Under the pieces are notes generated by a model, which was given only the letters and a program-made list of their open reading frames with translations, had not been told where the DNA came from and made no database searches. The position numbers and the translations under genes are program-made. Of a stretch of 64,000 bases of DNA, positions 24,911 to 34,874 are shown one piece after another. Position 1 is the stretch's first letter; each line of letters starts with the position of its first letter. Origin of the DNA: an uncultured Dehalococcoidales bacterium (GTDB taxonomy: Bacteria > Chloroflexota > Dehalococcoidia > Lucifugimonadales > Lucifugimonadaceae); the NCBI GenBank assembly GCA_964424025.1, contig CAYRHG010000072.1, positions 646-64,645 of the forward strand, in the 5' to 3' direction.

Positions 24911-27628
24911 TTAAGGATGACTTGTCTCCCTTGTCCAATGGCCACAATCGGTGGATACAAATCCGACATCAGATTCAGTTAATGTAACCTCGATCCGCCC
25001 TCTACCTCCACCGCTTGCGGTCACTTCTCGCTGATCATGGCTAAAGCCAGTTACTTTCCACCACTTGCACTTGGGCACAGGGTAACCATCTATGAACGGT
25101 TCTATTGACACATTTGATGCGTACGTGCCCGCTACAATGTCTGCACCGACGCGACGGACGCCATCTTCGAAATCCGAATACGGCCCGATTTTCAAGGCGA
25201 TCTCAATGTTGCGCCATAATCCGCAACCGTGTGTCACGAAGCCGACGTCGTCCGCTTCGATCGTCACGATCCATCGGTCGTCGGATTCGCCTTCCGCTAT
25301 GGTTTCATCCGAATCTCCCGAGAATCCAGAAACGCGACGCCAACGACATCCGCCACCTCGACGGGGTACCGAATAGTAGGTTCCAGGTTCGATGTGAACA
25401 CCCACTACGTACGATCCGCCGCTGAACCGCGAAGGTGGCGGTTCGACCGGTCCAGATCCTTCCGCAACGAATACGTTCCATTCACCACAACCGTATGTCG
25501 CGAATCCGACATCGGTATCACGAATAGTGACGATCTTCTGACCACTTGCCTTGGTTTCCACGATCGTGCCTGAAGTCCAAGTGAAGTCCGAAAGTCGCCG
25601 CCATTTGCACGTCGAACGTTGAGCATCCGACACGATGTACGTGCCCGGATCGATGTCAACGCCGACTTCGTACGTGCCGTCAGAAAACGCCGGCATCATT
25701 CGCGTACTCTCGCGTAAGGGATTCCATTCACCACATCCGAAAGACCGAAAACCCGCGTCGGAAGGAAGGATCGTAGCGATCGCCTGACCTTCGCTGGCGT
25801 AGATGTTCAATCGTTTGAAGGGATCGCCATCGAATCCAGTGAGTCGGCTCCAAAAGCAGATTTCTCCCTCAATAACGGAAGAGACGTAGGTTCCGGGCGC
25901 AATGTCACGACCTACGATATACACGCCGTCGTCGAATTTAGTATTTCGCGCGACGTTTTTGAAATCCGAAACATTTGGCACGAGTTTCCAATCTCCGCAA
26001 CCGTCTGAATAAAATCCAACGTCAAAAGATTGCACAGTTGTGATCGAGCGACCTACAGCTAATTCACTCGTCACAAAAGCGGATGGTTCACCATCAAAAC
26101 CGGATAAACGACTCCAAAAGCAAGTGCTACCTTCTGGCACGTCGGCGAAGTACGTACCGGCCGGAATTTCCGATTCAACGGCCCATGTACCTCGACCAAA
26201 CATCTCCCTTAGATCACGGTCTTTAACGGGATCGAATACTTCCCAATCCCCGCAACCAAAGCTTTCGAACACCGCGTCGTGGGGTGTGATTTGGGTGATG
26301 TTTCGGCCAACCGGGTTTCTAACCGCTAATTGCGCCGCGTCGGATCCATCGAAATCCGAGAGGCGTCGCCACCAACACCGGCCTTGTTCATCCCCAGGGG
26401 AAACGTAGGTCCCGGGCGCTACGTGGACGTTGACGATATGCTCGCCTTCGCCGAAAGTCTTGTGCGCCTCCAGATTTGTTGCATTTGACAATGATGTCCA
26501 CGAGCCGCAGTCCACCGAGCGAAAACCAACTGTCTCAGGCGTCAATTCCACGATGCCGCGGACGACTCCTGTGCCCGATGCTATTATGTCGGCGGGTCTA
26601 CCGGCGAAACCGCGGAGAGTGAACCACCGGCAATACCGATTTTCGGCAGCATCTGCAAAATAAACGCCGGGGTTCACATCCGAGCCAACGATCAACGTCC
26701 CCACGCCGATTACACCGTCGGGTACGGCATCAACGTTCGCAGGTTCCAACGGTCTCCAAATGCCGCATCCATCGCTGTGAAAGCCGGTATCACTCGCAAA
26801 AATCGTGGCGACCTGCCGCCCTTTCGAGACATAACCTCCGCTGTTGTCAGGCGACGTATCTCCAAACGGTGCGGTTCTGAACCAATCACAAAATCCGTTG
26901 CCCGCATCGGCAATGTAGGTTCCGGGTGCGATGTCGATGCCGACCAGGTACGATCCATCGCCGAAATGCGTCAACGGTTCCTCGGCAAATCCAGCGTCGC
27001 GTCGATTCCAAGTGCCGCATCTGATTGAGTAGAAACCCGCGCTATCCGGTTTGATCTCCGCGATCGGTTCGCCGGTTTTCCACCATGTGATCAGATTGCT
27101 CGACGCTGGTTGATGCATGAAATCATCTACCGTGAACCAAACGCATCGGCCGTCGTTGCTGGTCGAAGTGTAGATTCCAGGTCTGATATCGACACCGACT
27201 TCATGCATACCCTCTTCGAACCGGATTGAAGGCGGCTCCGAGACCCGATCGAACCGTGGTTTCCAAATCCCACAACTCGATGTTTCGACGACGTTGTCCG
27301 AACTAGTGATGGTGACGATGGCTCTTCCGATAAACGTTGGGTTTCGGGTCTCTTCGTCGATGTCGGTAATACCGACGGAACAAATTCCGCTTTCGATTTC
27401 GGCGACATAGGTTCCTGGAGCGATATCGATACCGACGCGATGTGTGCCGTCGGCGAAGTCGCTAGGGCCGATCGCTGCGTCGGCCTCGGATGCGAATCCG
27501 GCGATGCCGCCGAGTAGGACAAAAGCGATCAATGCAAAGCGAATGATGTGACCCCCGCCTCGTCGCGGTAGTCCAACGGTTCGAATGTGTGACTGTGGGA
27601 ACAAAACAGATACGCGCCGTTCATCCAT
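24911..27628 (-). CDS. secreted protein composed of ten tandem ~72-80-aa two-cysteine repeat modules (family unknown)
   Basis: ORF 24911..27676; probable start ATG 27628. Signal-anchor-like IIRFALIAFVLLGGIAGFASEADA is followed by 10 repeats with consensus F.DG.Y.VG.DI.PGTY...(5-9)C.W.RL.GF.G...(10-20)I.TI...D.GF.S.GCG.W. Confidence 0.7.
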   Translation of the reverse strand: MDERRVSVLFPQSHIRTVGLPRRGGGHIIRFALIAFVLLGGIAGFASEADAAIGPSDFADGTHRVGIDIAPGTYVAEIESGICSVGITDIDEETRNPTFIGRAIVTITSSDNVVETSSCGIWKPRFDRVSEPPSIRFEEGMHEVGVDIRPGIYTSTSNDGRCVWFTVDDFMHQPASSNLITWWKTGEPIAEIKPDSAGFYSIRCGTWNRRDAGFAEEPLTHFGDGSYLVGIDIAPGTYIADAGNGFCDWFRTAPFGDTSPDNSGGYVSKGRQVATIFASDTGFHSDGCGIWRPLEPANVDAVPDGVIGVGTLIVGSDVNPGVYFADAAENRYCRWFTLRGFAGRPADIIASGTGVVRGIVELTPETVGFRSVDCGSWTSLSNATNLEAHKTFGEGEHIVNVHVAPGTYVSPGDEQGRCWWRRLSDFDGSDAAQLAVRNPVGRNITQITPHDAVFESFGCGDWEVFDPVKDRDLREMFGRGTWAVESEIPAGTYFADVPEGSTCFWSRLSGFDGEPSAFVTSELAVGRSITTVQSFDVGFYSDGCGDWKLVPNVSDFKNVARNTKFDDGVYIVGRDIAPGTYVSSVIEGEICFWSRLTGFDGDPFKRLNIYASEGQAIATILPSDAGFRSFGCGEWNPLRESTRMMPAFSDGTYEVGVDIDPGTYIVSDAQRSTCKWRRLSDFTWTSGTIVETKASGQKIVTIRDTDVGFATYGCGEWNVFVAEGSGPVEPPPSRFSGGSYVVGVHIEPGTYYSVPRRGGGCRWRRVSGFSGDSDETIAEGESDDRWIVTIEADDVGFVTHGCGLWRNIEIALKIGPYSDFEDGVRRVGADIVAGTYASNVSIEPFIDGYPVPKCKWWKVTGFSHDQREVTASGGGRGRIEVTLTESDVGFVSTDCGHWTRETSHP

Positions 27629-27965
27629 GAACACGTGCGGTTGGTCGAAAAAAAGGATTCTGTTGCGCCAGCGCACTGAAGCGCCACGTAATCGGATATC
27701 GTATTCGATCTCGATCGCTCCGGCGATTCAGTCATCTACATGCGGCTAATCCTGATGCCGGAAACACAGGGATGCAGGTGAGATTAAATCGAGAAACCTA
27801 GTGTCCCGCCGATATCCGAACAATTCGTCCAATTGGCGATCTGCGAAGATCGAGTCGCTCAATTGCGACTACGACGTGTCGGTGAGCCAAAACTTCGACA
27901 CCGAGCGATCGTGTATGCCCCGGTGAGGGCGTCCGGCGATCCGATCCCATCAATCGATTTCGGAA

Positions 27966-29189
27966 TCAACGCGCGTCGCGCATCGTTTGGCGTTTCATCT
28001 GTGTCCGCGCAGGGAGACTGTAGATGTCGATGAAACCAACAGCGGCTGCGTGATCGAATTCATCCTCTGTGGAGTAGGTCGCCAGTTCGAAATCGTAGAG
28101 CGAATAGGGCGAGCGCCTGCCGGTGACGGTGGAAGAACCTTTGAAAAACTTCACGCGCACATCGCCCGACGTATATCGCATCACCGAAGAGACGAATGCG
28201 TCAAGGTTTTCACGCAATGCGGTATACCAACGCCCGTCATAGACGAGATCCGCATAAAGCAGCGCCAGTTGGGCTTTGACGCGCTGCTGGTCCCGTGAGA
28301 GCGTAGCGGTTTCGAGGGCAGACAGCGCTTGGTAAAGCACGACGGCTGCCGGCGTCTCGTACACCTCTCTAGATTTGATGCCGACGAGACGGTTTTCCAG
28401 GTGGTCCACCCTGCCAACACCGTGGGAACCGGCAAGGAGATTAAGTTGCTCGATGAGGTCGACCAGCTCCAATTTTTCGCCGTTGAGCGCCACCGGAACG
28501 CCTTCTTCGAAGCCGATCTCCACCTCTTCCGGTTGATCAGGAGTCTGATCAGCGGGTTGCGTCCATGAGAACGCATCTTCGGGCGGCGCGAACCACGTGT
28601 CTTCGAGGTCTTCGCCTTCGATCGCGAGTCCCCACATGTTGCGGTCGATCGAATAGACGCGTTGATCATCGCCCACTTCGCGCAGCTCAAGGCCGGCTCG
28701 GTTCGCGAACTCTTTCTCTTCGTCGCGCGTCATGTCCCACTCGCGAGCGGGCGCGATAATGCGTAGTGGTTCGCCGTGTGCTGCCAGTGTCTTGATGCCA
28801 GCGTCGAATCGAACCTGATCATTGCCCTTCCCAGTACACCCATGCGCTACAGCAACGGCGCCCACTTGACGTGCGGCTTCGACGAGTTTTTTCGCCATCA
28901 ACGGTCGTCCAAACGCGGTTGAGAGCGCGTACGCCGATTCGTACATTGCGCCAGCTTTTAAGCCTGGCATGATGAAGTCGCGGGCAAACTCATCCTTCAC
29001 ATCCCAAACGAGGGAATCAACCGCACCAGCCGACGCTGCTCGTTCGCGAACTCCTTCGAGTTCGGGCCCGCCGCCTATGTCGACGGTCAGCGTGACGACG
29101 TCGAGGCCATAGTTTTCACGGATCCAAACGATGGAGATGGTCGAGTCCATCCCGCCGCTGTAAGCAAGTACGCACTTATCCCTAGCCAT
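27966..29189 (-). CDS. argG: argininosuccinate synthase
   Basis: 407-aa ORF. AYSGGMDST N-terminal ATP-PPase motif, colinear ArgG pattern throughout. Confidence 0.95.
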   Translation of the reverse strand: MARDKCVLAYSGGMDSTISIVWIRENYGLDVVTLTVDIGGGPELEGVRERAASAGAVDSLVWDVKDEFARDFIMPGLKAGAMYESAYALSTAFGRPLMAKKLVEAARQVGAVAVAHGCTGKGNDQVRFDAGIKTLAAHGEPLRIIAPAREWDMTRDEEKEFANRAGLELREVGDDQRVYSIDRNMWGLAIEGEDLEDTWFAPPEDAFSWTQPADQTPDQPEEVEIGFEEGVPVALNGEKLELVDLIEQLNLLAGSHGVGRVDHLENRLVGIKSREVYETPAAVVLYQALSALETATLSRDQQRVKAQLALLYADLVYDGRWYTALRENLDAFVSSVMRYTSGDVRVKFFKGSSTVTGRRSPYSLYDFELATYSTEDEFDHAAAVGFIDIYSLPARTQMKRQTMRDAR

Positions 29190-29302
29190 GGGTTGATCGA
29201 TTCCTTAGGTGTGGTGTTGCGCCAAAAAAAGACGAACGATTGGGCAAGCGCCCATTACGTCAATCGTAAAACGATGGCAGATTTCCACCGAGATCGACGA
29301 CT

Positions 29303-30628
29303 CTATCGCATTGCCATACGCCTGATACGCGCGTGCGCGGTGCGACGGACTTTAGCTGCCACGCGAGTCGGCGACTCGAGCGACAGCATCAACGGGATCG
29401 CAGGCAAGAGCGCCAGCGTCAAAAAGATGTACGCCGGACGGTACGAATCGGTGAGTTCGAACATGAATCCAACAAATAATAGGCCGATTGTCACCCAAAC
29501 CGAACTGATGGAGCTCGTGACGCCGACGAGCGTGCCATAGCTACGTCGCCCAAAATACTCGGCAAGGATGGAAAGTCGGAGGGGTATGGATGAGCCAAAA
29601 CCGAATCCGGAACAGAAGACGAAGAGAGGAAGGGGTATCAACCCCCAAGATATGCCCAACAGGTTTGAGTGGGTGAGTGCGAGCGAGGCGACGCCAATTG
29701 TTTGAAGAGAGAGTGCGCCCGCGAGTAGGAATTTGACGTTGAACCGATCGCCAATCGCGCCAACTGTGATTCGCCCGAGGACATCGCCTATCGCGACTGA
29801 GCCAGCTGCGATCGAAGCCAGCCATAGGTCGATTTTGTATTCAAGTAACGTTGGCAGGTGGAACAGGTTGGTCATGGCCACGAGTTCGCCGATACTAACC
29901 GCGATGGCGATCTGCCAAAACGCTCGAAGCCGGACCGCGTCGCGCATGCCAACGGCGACCTCACGCGGTTGACGGATAAACGGCCGCGTAGGATTAACGG
30001 GCGTTGACGTCCGATCATCGCCGCCATCTGGCCGCATCCCGTAGTCCTCGGGTCGGCGGCGGAGTAGGAACACAACCGGCGTCCCGACTACCCAAAATCC
30101 GATCCCGACGCAGAGCAAGATCGTTCGCCACCCAAAGTGTTCGATTGACCAGACGAGCAGCGGCAACACAACCGCGCCCATGGCTGAAAAGGTCATAACC
30201 GTAGCCAGTGCTCGTGCCCTCAGGCGTACGAACCAGTTGACCACGGTGGTGACGAACACGATGAATTCACCGAAGGACAATCCGAGCCCGAGGACGAGCA
30301 TGGCGGCGTAAAAGTGCCATAGCGCCTGCATCTGACTCATGAGAATGAATCCCCATCCAGTAACGAAGATCCCGAAAATCAGCACTGCGCGAGGTCCAAA
30401 CCGATTTATCGCAGCACCTACGAATGGAGTGAAGAACGCGCTTTCAGCGCGTTGCAGAGCCATCGCCGTTGCGAATACGCCAGATCCCCATCCGGTGAAC
30501 GATCTAAGTACCGGATCGACAAATGCTTGGAAGCCGCGCCAAAAAACGGCAGACGTGTAGAACTGGACCGTCCCGCTACCGATGACGATCCACCAACCGT
30601 AGAAGATCTTAGGCTTGCGCCCTTTCAA
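29303..30628 (-). CDS. MFS transporter
   Basis: 441-aa ORF with ~12 predicted TM helices. Confidence 0.75.
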   Translation of the reverse strand: MKGRKPKIFYGWWIVIGSGTVQFYTSAVFWRGFQAFVDPVLRSFTGWGSGVFATAMALQRAESAFFTPFVGAAINRFGPRAVLIFGIFVTGWGFILMSQMQALWHFYAAMLVLGLGLSFGEFIVFVTTVVNWFVRLRARALATVMTFSAMGAVVLPLLVWSIEHFGWRTILLCVGIGFWVVGTPVVFLLRRRPEDYGMRPDGGDDRTSTPVNPTRPFIRQPREVAVGMRDAVRLRAFWQIAIAVSIGELVAMTNLFHLPTLLEYKIDLWLASIAAGSVAIGDVLGRITVGAIGDRFNVKFLLAGALSLQTIGVASLALTHSNLLGISWGLIPLPLFVFCSGFGFGSSIPLRLSILAEYFGRRSYGTLVGVTSSISSVWVTIGLLFVGFMFELTDSYRPAYIFLTLALLPAIPLMLSLESPTRVAAKVRRTAHARIRRMAMR

Positions 30629-31577
30629 CGTCGTGATCCCTCAGGACGTCTTTTTGCAGCACATATCGATCGAGAAATGGAGCGACTGCACGGATGAAGC
30701 CGATCGGATTGTCGCCCGGGACGCGGTGGCTCGCATTGGGAACGTAGGTGGCGGAACTGCCGGGCACGGTTTCCACCATGCGCCGAACTACATCGCTCGT
30801 CACAAGTTTGGAGTTTCGGCCAAGGACGAAGAGAGCGGGTGTGGTGACTTTGCTCAATGCGGCCCAAAAATCATCGGCCGTGTAGCTACGACTGTGGTGG
30901 TCTAAAAGTCGCGAATCGTGTTTCCACTCCCATGTGCCATCGCCGTGTGCCCGCGTGGCGCGCAGGAGCGAGCCACGTACTGCGTCGCGGGTGCGCAAAG
31001 GGCTCATCTTGGCGACTTTGTCAACAAGCTCTTCAAATGTCCCTTCTCTAGGGAGTGCTGTGATGAATCGGTTGACGCCGCGGCTGGCTTGACGGTTAGT
31101 TTCGGGTGCGACATCCACCACTACGATGGCATCGACGATGTCCGGGTTTTCCGAGGCGTAGACGTACGAGAGCTGACCACCGAGTGACAGACCGACTAGC
31201 GCGAAACGTCCGACATTCATTTCAGCCCTGAAATGATTGACGAACCGGCGGAGATCGGACAAGTAGAAGTGGGTGTTGTAGTCGGGTTCGACGGGGCGCC
31301 CGCTGTCGCCGTGGCCGCGGAGGTCAAGCGAGATGCATCTGAAACGAGAGCGCAACGCAAGACAAGTGAAGTCCCATGTTCGTGCTTGTTGCAAAAATCC
31401 ATGGATGAAGATGACGGCGGGTATTCCGTCGCCATCGTCACCCCAATCAACAAAATTGAGGTGGTGCCCATCGGGGTGTTGAATCTGTGCTGAACTTGGA
31501 GTCGAATCGTCGTCGAACCGCACGCCTGCGCGCCGCGCCGCATCGAGGGTCGCTTGAAATGAGGCTTCCATGGTCAT
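30609..31577 (-). CDS. alpha/beta hydrolase
   Basis: 322-aa ORF. HGF oxyanion region and GLSLGG nucleophile elbow. Confidence 0.8.
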   Translation of the reverse strand: MTMEASFQATLDAARRAGVRFDDDSTPSSAQIQHPDGHHLNFVDWGDDGDGIPAVIFIHGFLQQARTWDFTCLALRSRFRCISLDLRGHGDSGRPVEPDYNTHFYLSDLRRFVNHFRAEMNVGRFALVGLSLGGQLSYVYASENPDIVDAIVVVDVAPETNRQASRGVNRFITALPREGTFEELVDKVAKMSPLRTRDAVRGSLLRATRAHGDGTWEWKHDSRLLDHHSRSYTADDFWAALSKVTTPALFVLGRNSKLVTSDVVRRMVETVPGSSATYVPNASHRVPGDNPIGFIRAVAPFLDRYVLQKDVLRDHDVERAQA

Positions 31578-31759
31578 TTCGTTAGATTACAAGTTTCCAG
31601 TGGGCGATAATTGTGGTTTCGGAGCACGTCTTGACACAGCGCTTCGTAAAGTGGACTGCGCACAGATATGCGGCGCGGTCGGGTTCGTATCGTTAGACAC
31701 GGTCCACAGCAAATGTGAAGTTAGGACGTTTTGGAAGCGGCAATCCGAGGCCTTTCAAC

Positions 31760-32890
31760 ATGCGCATCGGCGAACTCTTTGACATACCGATCCGGGTCCA
31801 CTGGTCGTGGCTCATCGGCTTCGCGTTGCTTACTTGGTTGATCGCGTCTGGCGGCCTACCGTTCATTTCGGTGAGGTTGACCGCGACGCAAGAAGTGATA
31901 ATCGCGGTCATCGTCACGATTTGCCTGTTTCTTTCGGTTTTGGCGCATGAGTTAGCGCATTCACTCACGGCCAAACGCCTAGGTTATTCCGTGTTGTCGA
32001 TTACGCTCTTGATCTTTGGCGGCGTGAGCGTGATCGCAGAGACGAGATCACGATCATCGCACGATTTCATGATTGCGGCTGCGGGCCCGGGCATGTCGCT
32101 GCTTCTCGGAGTTGTGGCTTCGATTCTTTACTTCGTGTATCGCGACCCATTCGCAACTGGAAGCGCGGCCATGTTGCAAGGGATCCTCTTCTACATTGGG
32201 CTGCAGAACATAGCCTTGGCGATTTTTAACATGTTGCCCGGCTTGCCGCTCGACGGTGGCAGAGTCCTTCAATCGGCGATTTGGGGTTTGACGGGAAACC
32301 GACGATTTGCAGCGAGATTCGCCGGCAGAGCTGGCCAGATGCTCGCAGTAGCGATGATGGTTGCGGCTGCGTTCATGGTGTTCGCCCGTCAAGATCTTTC
32401 GGGCGGTTTGTGGCTTTTCTTGATCGCTTCCTTCATACTGCCCGCGTCGACCGCCGAAACGAGGCGCGCTAGCCGCGGAAGTCGTGTTTCCCGAGTGGCG
32501 GGCATACCGATACGGTCCGTTATGTCTTCGGTGCCTACGGCGTTGAACTCGGAAACGCCTCTCGATGCGGCGGTCAGGAACGTAATCTCGTTGCATCCTG
32601 AAGTTGTCATACCCGTCCTTAGCAACGGTAGAGTGACGGGAACCGTGTCGATGGCAGACGTGACGTCGCTCGGGTTGGGTCAGAATCAAGGTGCCGGATT
32701 GACGGTTTCCGACGCCGCTCAACCAGTTTCAACGTTCGCGATCGATCCGAACGCGGACATCTCCCAAGCGGAAGAACTGTTGGAAAAGCGATCGATCGAT
32801 CTGCTGTTGGTTTTCGACAACGGGTATTTGATCGGCACGATCTCAAAAGACGATGTCGATCGCGTTATGTCGCGAGGAGCGGACGACTAA
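31760..32890 (+). CDS. site-2 protease family (M50) metalloprotease with C-terminal CBS pair
   Basis: ORF 31715..32890; probable start ATG 31760. HELAHS zinc motif, NMLPGLPLDGGR motif, and C-terminal CBS-like repeats. Confidence 0.8.
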   Translation: MRIGELFDIPIRVHWSWLIGFALLTWLIASGGLPFISVRLTATQEVIIAVIVTICLFLSVLAHELAHSLTAKRLGYSVLSITLLIFGGVSVIAETRSRSSHDFMIAAAGPGMSLLLGVVASILYFVYRDPFATGSAAMLQGILFYIGLQNIALAIFNMLPGLPLDGGRVLQSAIWGLTGNRRFAARFAGRAGQMLAVAMMVAAAFMVFARQDLSGGLWLFLIASFILPASTAETRRASRGSRVSRVAGIPIRSVMSSVPTALNSETPLDAAVRNVISLHPEVVIPVLSNGRVTGTVSMADVTSLGLGQNQGAGLTVSDAAQPVSTFAIDPNADISQAEELLEKRSIDLLLVFDNGYLIGTISKDDVDRVMSRGADD

Positions 32891-33261
32891 GGAAACAGTG
32901 CCGCACGGCGATGGGTACCGATACCGATGAGACGATTAGCGTCCATGTCGTGGGCTTCGACGTGAAATCGAAAACGGGTGCCGTTCACCTCGAGCAGCTC
33001 CGCGGTAGTTTTGATCCGGGCACCCAAAGGCGCTGGAGCGACGTGTTTAATGTCCACGTGAAATCCAACGGTGAATCCGCCGTCCGGCAATCTAGGGTCA
33101 AGACCCAGCATCGCAGTGGTCTCCAACTCGTTGATCATCGAAGGGCTTGACAGCGTCGCGCGTGCCGGGTCACCGCCTGGCGAATACAGCATCGATTCGG
33201 TTACGACCCACTCTCGTTCGTGCCGCCAGCCGGATTCGATTGTTTCGTTGAGATCGAGCAT
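32887..33261 (-). CDS. hotdog-fold thioesterase (fluoroacetyl-CoA thioesterase-like family)
   Basis: 124-aa ORF with TVG..V.I.H.AP.P.G..I and G.GTH.R patterns. Confidence 0.65.
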   Translation of the reverse strand: MLDLNETIESGWRHEREWVVTESMLYSPGGDPARATLSSPSMINELETTAMLGLDPRLPDGGFTVGFHVDIKHVAPAPLGARIKTTAELLEVNGTRFRFHVEAHDMDANRLIGIGTHRRAALFP

Positions 33262-33274
33262 CGGTGTTGGGACT

Positions 33275-33988
33275 CTACTCGGCCAACAGGTGGTCTGCCA
33301 TAACGGTGAAGTCGGGAACGGTCAGATCAGGTTCGTATAGACGATCGGTATCTTCGTACGGCAGGTTGTAACGATTTACATAGATGCCGCGGAGGCCGCA
33401 AGTACGAGCGCCGAGGACATCGTACGAATTCGCGGAAACCATGATGAGTTCACCAGGTTCCATTTCCAGGCGCCGTGCCGTATTGCGATAAACCCCCGGA
33501 TGTGGTTTGAACGCGCCGACATCCTCAACTGAGATTACATCGTCGAAATCGTATTTGATACGTTGTGTCACCAAATGATCTAGAAACCAAGGATTGCCGT
33601 TGGAAAACGCTACGAGCTTGTACTCGTGGGCCATGCGGTGCAAAGCGGGTAGGCAATCTGCGAACGGTGAGAGTTCCTGCCAACCTTGCATGAACGCCTC
33701 TACCTCGTTTTCGCTTGGGTCTAGATCGTGCAATCTCGCAATGTAGACGAAAGCTTTTTGTGCGGTTTCGAGGTATCCGGTGTGCCCAAGTTCGAACAGA
33801 GAGTCTTGGTACTGCTCTATACGTTGGCGGTGCCGCAAATCGGCCCAGAAATCGGCCGCGGTGACTGCTTGATCCGCACCGCGACCACGAATGAAGTCAT
33901 CCAAGAACGGCGTCAAACTACCACCCAAGTCGAGCACGGTGCCGAAAAGATCGAAAGTGAGTGCTTTGCATTTCGTTAAATCGACCAT
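33275..33988 (-). CDS. haloacid dehalogenase type II / HAD-family hydrolase
   Basis: ORF 33275..34096; probable start ATG 33988 (MVDLTKCKALTFDLFGTVLD). DxFGT motif I, SNG motif, and a late D motif. Confidence 0.8.
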   Translation of the reverse strand: MVDLTKCKALTFDLFGTVLDLGGSLTPFLDDFIRGRGADQAVTAADFWADLRHRQRIEQYQDSLFELGHTGYLETAQKAFVYIARLHDLDPSENEVEAFMQGWQELSPFADCLPALHRMAHEYKLVAFSNGNPWFLDHLVTQRIKYDFDDVISVEDVGAFKPHPGVYRNTARRLEMEPGELIMVSANSYDVLGARTCGLRGIYVNRYNLPYEDTDRLYEPDLTVPDFTVMADHLLAE

Positions 33989-33995
33989 ACGGGTA

Positions 33996-34469
33996 TCACT
34001 CCTGCGCGAACTGTGAACTCGTGCATCTGAGCATAACCATCGGTGCGACGTCCGATTCGTTTTCGCTGAACATGTCGCAGATAGCCGTCGGTTCACCGGG
34101 CGTCACACCTTCGAGGATCGGATAGAGATGCCAGTGGCGCCCGTCAGTAATCGCAAAGATCGCTACGCCGCTTTTGATACATCGCTCCAAGTGAAACTCG
34201 ATGCCATCTACGATGTCAGCGCCAAGCGCCCTAGTTTCCACCACCGCCAGAGTCCGATCAGGTGCCGCGTCGGAGTGCAGGGAATGGACCATTCGCGCGT
34301 CACCATCGTCCAACGACGACGGTATGAACCAAAACTCAGGATGTCTCACCCTCCAACCAAGTAGATTGAGAACCGGGGCCACCAAGATCACGAACGTCCT
34401 CGAAACGCTTCGATGAATCCCCAGCAGATTGAACTGGTCAGTCCGCGCCGATTTAACCTCGGCGATCAA
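33996..34469 (-). CDS. hypothetical protein, possible PD-(D/E)xK nuclease fold (HsdR-N-like)
   Basis: 157-aa ORF. PDRTLAVVETR......IEFHLERC......IFAITDGRHWHLY loosely matches the D...E.K...Q...Y....TNG..W pattern of HsdR N-terminal-like proteins, with K replaced by R. Confidence 0.35.
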   Translation of the reverse strand: MIAEVKSARTDQFNLLGIHRSVSRTFVILVAPVLNLLGWRVRHPEFWFIPSSLDDGDARMVHSLHSDAAPDRTLAVVETRALGADIVDGIEFHLERCIKSGVAIFAITDGRHWHLYPILEGVTPGEPTAICDMFSENESDVAPMVMLRCTSSQFAQE

Positions 34470-34493
34470 TTTGCGTTGAAGTGCGGACGAAAC

Positions 34494-34793
34494 TTAGTCC
34501 ACCGACTTGATGAGTTTGATGTCGCGGTGTGCCAAATGACCGCGCACCAGCGGCATGTTCTCTTCCCACCACTCAGAGCCGTAGAAAGCCGCCTCTTTCT
34601 CTTCCAGCTCCTCGATGGTATCCCCGTACGAACGGATCCATATGAACTGCGACTCTTCGTCATTGACCCAAACAGTCTCAGCCTTCATTCCGAAACCGTC
34701 CATCACGTCGATGAGAGTTTCGTCGAAGAGTTTGAGCCAGGAATCCATCATTCCCTTGTTGATCGTGTAAGTCCTAAGGTGCGCAACGGTCAT
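34494..34793 (-). CDS. NIPSNAP-like dimeric alpha/beta-barrel protein
   Basis: 99-aa ORF with LRTYTI..G....W..LF pattern. Confidence 0.6.
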   Translation of the reverse strand: MTVAHLRTYTINKGMMDSWLKLFDETLIDVMDGFGMKAETVWVNDEESQFIWIRSYGDTIEELEEKEAAFYGSEWWEENMPLVRGHLAHRDIKLIKSVD

Positions 34794-34874
34794 CGCGTTT
34801 GATCTCCTTTTTTCGACGGCGTAATCAGTCTCGCTGCCATCAAAACATTATCTATTTCCAGCTTGCATGTCGGA

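Noticed and set aside
32054-32722. 222-aa minus-strand ORF inside the M50 protease gene
   Set aside because: It is antisense to a gene with HExxH and CBS motifs, and is Arg/His/Ser-rich with no domains.
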